DNA from: the human T2T-CHM13v2.0 reference genome, Homo sapiens
Length of the DNA stretch: 64,000 nt
Reading direction: 5' to 3' (one strand)
Assembly: GCF_009914755.1 (NCBI RefSeq)
Contig: NC_060938.1
Part shown: one piece after another, positions 54,700-64,000 of the stretch
How positions within the stretch are numbered: the stretch's first letter is position 1
Layout: the number at the start of each line of letters is the position of its first letter
Made by a program: the position numbers and the translations under genes
The notes under the pieces: generated by a model
The model's input: the letters and a program-made list of their open reading frames with translations, nothing else
What the model was told of the DNA's origin: nothing
Database searches by the model: none

Positions 54700-57060
54700 T
54701 TTTTGGTGAAATATGTCATTGATACAAAATTTTAAGTAAAATATATACATACAGTTTAAAGAAAATGACAATCTGTGGTTTTAATTAGTGCCTCCCTGAT
54801 TGCTGATGAAAAATGTCTTCTCACATGTTTCTTTTTCAATAGAGATGCTTGCTTATGCACTTTGCCCTTCTTTTGTCCCTTTTAAAAGCTTGGATACCTT
54901 TTTCTAATTGCTTTTTAGGCAATAAGATTTGGACACAAATTGGTAGTCAGTTATATCTGCTACAAATATATCCTATGTGTGGCTTTTCTTTTCACTCTTT
55001 TTATGTTGTATTTTTATTTGGTTTACAGAAGTTCTTAATTTTAACATGGTAACTTGAGTCACTTCTTTTATATGATCCATTATTCCAATGCCTTGTTTGC
55101 CTTTTTTTTCTCTTCAGAAATCTCCTTCGGTTCCAGGGTTATGAAAATACTCAACAATTTTTTTGTTCTAAAAATCTTACGGTTTACCATTCACATTTCG
55201 GTTTTCTTTCTTTCTTTCTTTCTTTTTTTTAATTATACTTTAAGGTCTGGGATACATGTGCAGAATGTGCAGATTTGTTACATAGGTACACATGTGCTGT
55301 GGTGGTTTGCTGCACCCACCAATCTGTCATTTAGGTTTTAAGCCCCACATGCATTAGATATTTGTCCTAATGCTCTCCCTCCCTTACCCCCAACCGACAT
55401 GCCCTAGTGTGTGATGTTCGCTCCCTGTGTCCATGTGTTCTCATGTTCAACTCCCACTTATGAGTGAGAACAATACATTTTTGCATCTGATATGAGACAG
55501 AGGTTCAGTTTAATATTTTTAATACCATCTATGGAAAAGTTCATCCTTACTCCACTGGTATGTGATGCCATTTGTGTCAAACATCAAGTTTTCATATGTA
55601 CGTATTTCCGTTTCTGGGTTCTCTATTTGATTACACTGACCGACTTATATATTCCTTTGCCAAGACAACACCATTTTAATTTCCATAGCTTTAATACATT
55701 TTGATACATGTTTAAGAAAACTCCCCTTACCTTGTTCTTCTTCAGAAGTTTCTTGGCTAGAGTGTCTTCTCTATAAAGCACTTGTAATTCTTTTTAAAGT
55801 TTTTTCTCTTATGTACTTTGAATTTTTTGTTACTTTTGCATGGGTATAGTTTTAATTACATTTTCTCAGTAATTGTTGCTTGGAGGTAGAAGTAAAATAT
55901 CCTGTTTTTTATCAAAGAAATTGCTAAACTCTGTATTTTTTCATAATTTAACTATGAATTCCTTGGGCATTTTATATAAACAAGAACAGTATTTGCAAAT
56001 ATCAATTTTACTGCACTGGCTAGGCCCTTCTGCACAGTGTCTAACAGAAGTTGTGGAATAGCACATCCTTTGTTCCTGGTCATAGAGGAGGACGTCAGCA
56101 TTTCAGTGCTAAGGTGATTTACCCATAGAATTTTTCCATATGACCTTTATCAGATTAAGAAAGTTTCCCTCTATTCTTAGTTTAATAGAAGGTTTATGAT
56201 GATGATGGTGGTGGTGGTGGAATCAATGCTTCTTATTCATTTATGGGGATGGCCTTTTCAAATTTTATTTCTCTCTAATCTGTCACTATGCTATAAATTA
56301 CATTGATTAATTTTCTAATGTTAAACCAACTTGTTTAACTTAACTGAACTGCTGGAACAAACTCAACTTGTTCATGATGAATTATTCTTTTTAAACATTC
56401 CTAAATTTACTTTGCTAATCTTTTGTATATATTTTTGCATTCATGTTAATGACTAAGGGTCTAAATTCCCTTACTTACTCTTATGCTTGGTTTTAGCATA
56501 AACGCTATGCTGACTCAGGATATAAAATGGGCATGTTCCCTCTTTATCTAGTCTCTGGAAGAGTTTTATAAAACTGAAATTATCTGCCCCTAGAACATTC
56601 GGTAGAACTTATGTATAAAATTATTTGGGCTTGGTAGCCCTTTTCTGATTAAATTTCAATTGACTAAAAATAGTTGATTAAAATTATTTATTTAAAATTT
56701 AGTCATGCTATTTCTTCTTAGTTTTTGAAAATTATATTTTTCTAGGAATTTGTTTATTTCTTCTAATTTATAATTAGAAAATTATTCAGAACACTTTGTT
56801 ATGTGGTTAAATTCTCCAAGACCTGTAGCTATATCCTTTTTTTCAATCATAATGGACAATGGTCTTTTTTATTATGATTCGTTGGTCAAATAACAGACTT
56901 TACTTTGTTAGCCCTATTGCATGTTTTTTTCTATTTCATTAATTTTCAGTCTTTATTTTTCCCTTCTTTTGTTTTCTTTAGGTTTTACTCTTTTAATTTC
57001 CTTTTAATATCTTATGTTGGGTGATAAGCTCATTAATTTTTATCCCTTGATTTTGCTCTT
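54700..57060 (-). mobile_element. Old L1 (L1ME/MC-like) ORF2-3' fragment
   Basis: T-rich antisense L1 motifs (aagtttccctctattcttagttt; tttctgggttctctattt). Confidence 0.7.
55201..55474 (-). mobile_element. L1PA (PA7/8-like) 3' UTR, 5'-truncated, nested in the older L1
   Basis: ttatactttaaggtctgggatacatgtgcagaatgtgcag...cccacttatgagtgagaaca; acattt on both flanks. Confidence 0.88.
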
Positions 57061-57759
57061 TCCGAAAGAGCCACCAGAAAAAAATCCTTCCCAACAGAAT
57101 GTTTCAGTAACTAGTACTGACCAGTATGAACTAACATTTGGGAAGGACCTATTTAGATCCTGATATAAAAGATCCCTGATGTAAAACATATAAAACCCTG
57201 ATATAAAAAAATCAAGTCTAAACTGCTTGGTTTGTATTTCAGAACGTCAGAATGACTCCTCTTACTCTCTCAAACTGTTATCTATCTCTCTATACATTAT
57301 CTCCTATGAACCGACAGGGGAAAAAAATGTGAAAAGGCTTTGAAATGGAACAAAAACTTACTAGGTATCTTCAATGAAGGCCTAGTTTTTGCCTAGCACA
57401 TCTGTCTGGGCTTCCTGATTCTGTGGGATCTCTGTGCTCTTATTGTCTTTCAGTTTTTATAACTTTATGAGTTGCAGACAACTGATAACAAAAATGCAAA
57501 TAATTTTTGTTCACAGACAATAAATTTTGTCTGGTAGGGTTCCACTGATCTTCCTTCCTCATTGTAGAAGAAGCCAATTTTGCCTTTATTTAAAATACAT
57601 TTCAGCACTCTGTAGTGCCTATATATGTGTGGTTCTTTAAACACTCCTTTAAGTCATTTGTAACTTCTTGTTCATTCCCTCATTAATTAATGAGTTAAAT
57701 AAACACATTTGTCACAAGTTAATTTTATATGTGTACGGGAGTCATGATTTTACCTTAAA

Positions 57760-58200
57760 AAATCCTTTTAACAAACCCTTTTGTTCATTACTGCCTTAGA
57801 CTTCGATAACATCTCCAATATGAAAGGGCTTCTGGGGCTCTTTCTATCTCACTACTGATTCTTCATATTTCAGAAATAAATTTAAGCTCCTCTTCATGTC
57901 CTCAAACTGCAAAATCTATCATTTTCACAATGAACCCAGATCACAATGATGCAATGATGCCTCAATTCTCTTTACAATGATCTTTTCTTCAAAATAGCTT
58001 CTGAAAATGCATTATCTTTTTCATTCATGGACTGTATTTTTTTGGTTTTTATCTTTCATCATTTAATTCATTTAAATGAATGTGTCTTCTTTACTCAAAT
58101 AGAGTACAAATTCCTTGAAGGCATTGATCACAATTTACTTTCCTTTTTTCTTCCTTGGTGTCAACACAATGCCTCATATTGAGCCCAATAAATTTCCACT
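57760..58200 (+). mobile_element. LINE-2 fragment
   Basis: agtacaaattccttgaaggca...caacacaatgcctc...caataaa tail. Confidence 0.55.
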
Positions 58201-59399
58201 GCTGAGTCCCATCCTTGGCCCATGAGCAGGGGCTCTCAATCAAAGTTTTTTCCCATGTAATCACTTAGCTTTATTTAGGGAATCAACCCATTCTATTTTG
58301 GCTGAAGGTGGTTCCATCCCAGGAAAATTTACATTAACATTTAGTGAAGATGGTTAGAGCTTCTGTGAAACACCAAATAGCATATAGCACTGACCAGGAA
58401 TTCTAGGAAATAAAGAATACATTGCCGTGCTTCTGGGGAATTTCTCACAACTACTGGACTAATGCTATTTATTCCTGAGCACAGTCTTATGTGAGGTTGA
58501 GATACATGCAGTTTAACAGTCATTCTTTCATTCTACAAATGTTTATTGATTGTCTACTATATATCAAACATTTCTGACAGACCCTGGCAACGCATTTGCA
58601 AATAAAATGCAGTTTCTAATCCAAGGAGCTTACCTGCTATTAAAGAAAGAGAGGGAAAAGTTGAGGAAGACGGGGAAAAATGGGCATGTGACTGTGACCT
58701 AAGCAGATAGATAATTGGTGGCAAGCTAAACCAAGTTTCTTATTATGATGAAAAGGTGATCTTCTTTTCAGGTATTATAACTACTGCACTGCTAAAATCA
58801 ATCTACTGTAAATACTCCTAATGGAATGGTGAAATTTCAAACATTTGCATATTGATAGCACCATGATATATGCTCTACATGCAACACCTTCTGTACTGTT
58901 AATAACAACTCAACCAAATATGGACCAACAACATTTTTCTAAGTTTTAAGCACTGACTTGGGAGAGAATAATAAATGATCTTGAGATAGCTTTCAGCATA
59001 TTTGATTTTATGAACTATAAAGTACTTTATCAGTTGAAGAGTCTACCAAGTTCATTAAAATCTGTCCCTTAAAATGTCATATGAAATCAAAGGACTTCAT
59101 AATATTTGATCGTTAGCACTATTACTGAGCATTTTAATTTTTATGGTTTTATTTATAATCATTTCAAATTGAAACTATCAAAAAACTACTGCTGTTTAAA
59201 ATCTAGTCCTTTAATCAATTTTATTTTTCCCATGGTGACTTTTTATTTTTACCTTTATTCTTACGGGAACCTTTAGGTTAGGACATTTGTGATTCTATTC
59301 CTCTGTACTTCGTTAGTGAAGAGATTAGATAAAAACAATTAACAAATACAAATAATCATTGTTGCTGATATAATTTTCAGTTTTGCATAGTATATAGGT

Positions 59400-59640
59400 A
59401 GAATTCAAATGATTAAATAAGAAGTAACAAGCAATCGTGGTAACGATAACATTTGTTTGGTCCTAAATATTTTCACGTGTATTTTCTCTCTTAATTCTTA
59501 GAGAAAAATGATAAAATAATTTTAATCACAACCATTTTACAGATGAAGGAAACAAGAAAGAAGTCATTTGCTAAATGTTGCATAAGCGGCATTTTGTACA
59601 CCAAATCCAGGTCTTCAAACTCAAAAATTACGTTTTTGTC
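59400..59640 (-). mobile_element. MIR
   Basis: ccattttacagatgaaggaaac core. Confidence 0.6.
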
Positions 59641-60422
59641 CAGATTTTTTAAAAAAGCATTTAATTCACAGGCCAAATTCTGTTGGCAAGACACTTTCTA
59701 AGGGTAAGTAAAATATATGTGGAAGAACACTAAACATTTTATTCACCAACAATGTCATCATACTGAAACTGAGAATAGTGTACTTTCTAAATGGCCCAGT
59801 GAAATCTCAGGAAGAAGTTATTTATCCATAGGGTCTGGACATCGTCAATCAAAATCACTTGCTTGCATATTACTAAAATGTGGTCTGTAACCATCTTTCC
59901 TCTCTTCATACTCACAAATAAACATTTCATTTTTTATTAACCTTATTATCTAAAGATTTTTTTCCTGCTTGTTAAAAATATAAAAAGAAAAAAAAATCAC
60001 TACGACTAAGATACTTCTAATATTTTATGTATTTTCTTAGCCTTTTTAAATGTAAAATATGCACATTTAATATTTTTATCACTCTTTATATATCTTTATA
60101 TATCACTTTTTCATATATTAGCACGGCAATATTTACTTTTTTGAAAACCTGACTGTTTATGGTTGCATAGTATTTCATCAAATACTTGAAAAACAGAAAG
60201 AAATAAAATTAAAATCTATAATTCTTATGTAACTGATCACTGTTGTGAGTTTTGCTTACTCTCTTCTGTTCTTTTTTTATATGCCTATATGTCATCATTA
60301 AAGTACACACCATTTTATATCTTGAAATTTTTCCATTTAATATTATAAGCCTTTGTATAACCACTGTGGCATGTTGGGTGAAAATTCCATACTCTATAAA
60401 ACCATAATTTTATTGACAGTAA

Positions 60423-60862
<440 letters not shown>

Positions 60863-61417
60863 AAAATAATTTTTCAATGAATATTGTATGCATGTAGTCT
60901 TGACATCTATGAACTTGAAAAATTATTTCTTAATAGCACATTCCTACAAGTAAGATTATTCAGAAAAAGCTGGCATGCATGCATTATTCTTTTTGTGACA
61001 CTGGTGAAAATAATGTTTATAAAAACAATGAATGTTAAAATCTTAGACTTGAAAGAATAAATAGCAAACTGATCTCAGTTTCTTATCAACCAATCCTCTT
61101 AGTGATTGTGAAATACAGTAGAAACACCAAGTATTGACTATATTTAATATATTTTTCATAAATTAGTACATCTTGACATCAGAAATACTGAGAGATGTGA
61201 CCACTTAAGTATGCTCACATTTTTATTTAATTTTTTTTCATTTTAAAGTCTATATCCACATACCTTTTAGATACAGTTTAGCTTGTTTTCCCCTTTGACA
61301 TCTTAGATGTAGTTTTCGAAATGATTTCTGAAACTGTTTCCTTTGGTGTGCTGTGAAATCCACATCAGGAGACAGCAGTAATTCTGATAAAAGGAGAAAG
61401 AAAATGCCCCAACTTAC

Positions 61418-61441
61418 CGTTTCTAATGCAATTACACGGTC
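61418..61441 (-). CDS. CEP128: CEP128 24-nt coding microexon (DRVIALET), phase 0/0
   Basis: Minus strand: tatgctttctttgcag|GACCGTGTAATTGCATTAGAAACG|gtaagtt; in frame with the next exon. Confidence 0.88.
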
Positions 61442-62282
61442 CTGCAAAGAAAGCATAATATATAATTATAAAACGAAGGCTGTTTAAAATTGTTTCAAGT
61501 TTACTTAATTTACAAGTATTCTATTTACCATCTATTATTAATAATTCATTTTAAAAATGTAAAAAATGAGAACTATTCAGAATGATCTCTAGAACAGAAA
61601 AATAGTCATCAAAGAATGAATGTATCTTTTTTCATCTCATTTAGTGCTAGGACTACAGAGTTTAAGAGTAAATGCTACAATTCTAGTACAGTTAATGAAA
61701 GGAATAGAACCTACCATTTTTGTAATGGTAAGATTATTTATAAGATGTAAAATGTTAGATTTGATTATATGAATCACAACTAGACAAGAGTAGTGATATA
61801 GACAAGGAATTAAGCACATATTCTAGCTCTTAATTAGGTTTACAGCGAAAAATGTGGTCTCCACAACAAGCTGAAATTCAGACATATCTTCATCAATTAA
61901 AATAAATGAGTAAATCATTATTGAAAACAAGGCAGGAAAATAAATGAGAAAGATATGGCACATGCAGCCAATCCTGAGCCCAGATAGGCCTTCATTGTCT
62001 ACAGCATCTTAGAATGTTTATAGAAGGACTGGCTTTAAAAGGGGTCATTGATAACGATGCATCAAAAGCTAAATGATTAAGAAAATGTTTGTATTCTCAA
62101 CTCCATAGTTGTATTCTCAAGTCTTTCCAGAGGTGACATCTATAAACAGGAAGTCTTCACCAAATAAAGACTGACTCTGAGACAAAGCAGAGTGTGAAGA
62201 TCTAAGAAAATGAAAAACCATCCTTTTTGAGGTGGACCAAGGCCATTTGCCTTTGTTTTCTCTTATTTTAAGAACTGGAGGA

Positions 62283-62584
62283 GGTCAGGTGCAATGCCTC
62301 ACACCTGTAATCCCAGCACTTTGGGAGGCTCAGGTGGACAGATCACATGAGGCCAGGAGTTCGAGACCAGCCTGGCCAACCTGGCAAAACACTGTCTCTA
62401 CTAAAAATTAAAAAGTAGCCAGGTGCGGTGCCGCGTGCCTGTAATCCCACCTACTCAGGAGGCTGAGACAGGAGAATCACTTGAACCCAGGAATCAGAGG
62501 TTGCAGTGAACTGAGATCAAGCCACTGCACTCCAGCCTGGGCAACAGAGCAAGACTACACCTCAAAAAAATAAAAATAAAATAA
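62283..62584 (+). mobile_element. AluS (Sz/Sx-like), full length
   Basis: 13-bp TSD aagaactggagga/aagaactagagga (62270-62282/62585-62597). Confidence 0.95.
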
Positions 62585-62650
62585 AAGAACTAGAGGAAAT
62601 ATGTGGAATCTGGATTTTTAAAAATAAAATTAATTAATCGTCTAAAGAAG

Positions 62651-63088
62651 TGTAAAGGTAAACACTGAGTGTCAACTTGACTGTATACACGGATGCAGGG
62701 TGTTGATCCTGGGTGTGTCTGTGGGGTGTTACCAAAGGAGATTAGCATTTTAGTCAGTGGGCTGAGGAAGGCAGACCCACCGTTAATCTGGTGGGCACAA
62801 TCTAATCAGCTGCCAGTGAATATAAAGCAGGCAGAGAAATGTGAAAGGGGAGACTGGCCTAGCCTCCCAGCCTACATCTTTCTCCCGTGCTGGATGCTTC
62901 CTGCCGTTGAACACTGTACGCCACGTTCTTCAGTTTTGGGGCTTGGACTGGCTCTCCTTGCTCCTCAGCTTGCAGACAGCCTATTGTGGGACCTTGTGAT
63001 CGTGCAAGTTAATACTGAATAACTACCCTTTATATATATATATATCTCCTACTAATTCTGTCCCTCTAAGAGAACCCTGACTAATACA
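62651..63088 (+). mobile_element. Solo MLT2A1-like LTR (HERV-L/ERVL)
   Basis: tgt...actgagtgtcaacttga...gatcctgggtgtgtctgtg...gagaaccctgactaataca; 5-bp TSD AGAAG (62646-62650/63089-63093). Confidence 0.9.
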
Positions 63089-64000
63089 AGAAGTAAAGAG
63101 AGAAAAATGGCGCACAGAATGACTCAGCCCAGGTCTCCTGTGGTCCTGCAGGGACCCACATAGACCTATGACACTTAGAAGCAGAATGAACTTGGCCCCT
63201 ACTGGCATTCTCTCAGTATCACATGAAATAGAGGGCTCACTTATAAAGACTTCTGCAAACTAACTTCCAGCAGTCAGACTGGGAAACAGTTGCACATTTC
63301 CACCCTGTAAACATTTGGCTATGTGGGCATGAGTTAAATGAATACATTATGCAAAATTAGCCCAAAGCAGACTGTTTCTAGCAATATAATCTGTTTAATT
63401 GCATTTTGTTGGCATAGTTAAGAGGGCCTCACCCTTACCCTCATAATTTTCATAAAATAACTGCTATGTTGTTGGTGACTTGTATATTGTCACATTTGAG
63501 CACTTCATAATAAATGCGTATGATGCCTCAAGGGGGCTTTGATCTATTGTTGCCAGGCATCTAATTCATTGTGCATCTGGGACAAAAACCATTCAGCAAT
63601 ACTTTAATATCCTTTGCAGATTGAACAGAACGTCATTAGATGCCTTATACAGAGAGAAACAGCCTTTGGGCAGTATCATATTTATATGAACCATCTTGGA
63701 AGACTGAAAATATTTACAGCCCTATTTGGGCCTTAAGTTTTCCCTATACCATGGGTTTGAGGGTTGCTATTAGTTAAGATTAACGTATTTTAAAAGCATA
63801 CCTAGAACTGACTTGAAATAGGCGATTTCATATAATGTCAAAACAGAACAGAATTAAACTGTCTGTCCTAATTCATATCTTAGTGTTTAGCAGAGATAAA
63901 CTGATAGCATTATAAGTTGTGTATGAGTACCTTCATTTTACTTAATTTTTTATTTTAAAGGAAATATGTGCCTAGTTTATGTGACTATTGACTCAAATGG

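Noticed and set aside
57158-57210. Three degenerate copies of cctgatataaaa as a CRISPR-like or regulatory array
   Set aside because: Irregular slippage-type repeat without unique spacers, in eukaryotic intronic DNA.
61250-61456. 68-aa minus-strand ORF MLSLQDRVIALETVSW...
   Set aside because: Only DRVIALET (61418-61441) is exonic; the rest is intron read-through past the splice sites.

Overview
Primate (very likely human) genomic DNA: AT-rich, CpG-poor and dense in Alu, L1, L2, MIR, LTR and hAT repeats. The whole window lies inside the 3' part of CEP128 (centrosomal protein 128, subdistal appendage), transcribed on the minus strand. Four coding exons have canonical AG/GT boundaries: 61418-61441 (24-nt microexon, DRVIALET), 32948-33025 (STQVALDHLESVPEKLSLLEDFKDFR), 29007-29120 (DSCSSSERTDGRYSKYRVRRNSLQHHQDDTKYRTKSFK) and 7042-7150 (GDRTFLEGSHTRGLDHSSSWQDHSRFLSSPRFSYVN+1 nt). 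They splice into one open frame that I recognise from memory as the CEP128 C-terminus; the last exon should lie left of position 1. The rest is intron. It holds a near-full-length L1MA with three nested insertions, solo LTRs with target-site duplications (MER66-like, MSTA, MER4E-like, LTR17/HERV-W, MER11, MLT2A1), 13 Alu loci and many ancient fragments. None of the listed ORFs is a credible independent gene. The most interesting observations are an 80-nt near-perfect pre-miRNA-shaped hairpin (40173-40252) in a patchwork of locally copied sequence, a sense-oriented HERV-W LTR with its poly(A) signal mutated, a UGC-preceded microexon and a probable ~1.2 kb inversion inside an old L1/HAL1. Repeat subfamily names come from recalled consensus sequences and need RepeatMasker/Dfam confirmation. 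I found no evidence for a novel multi-gene system.
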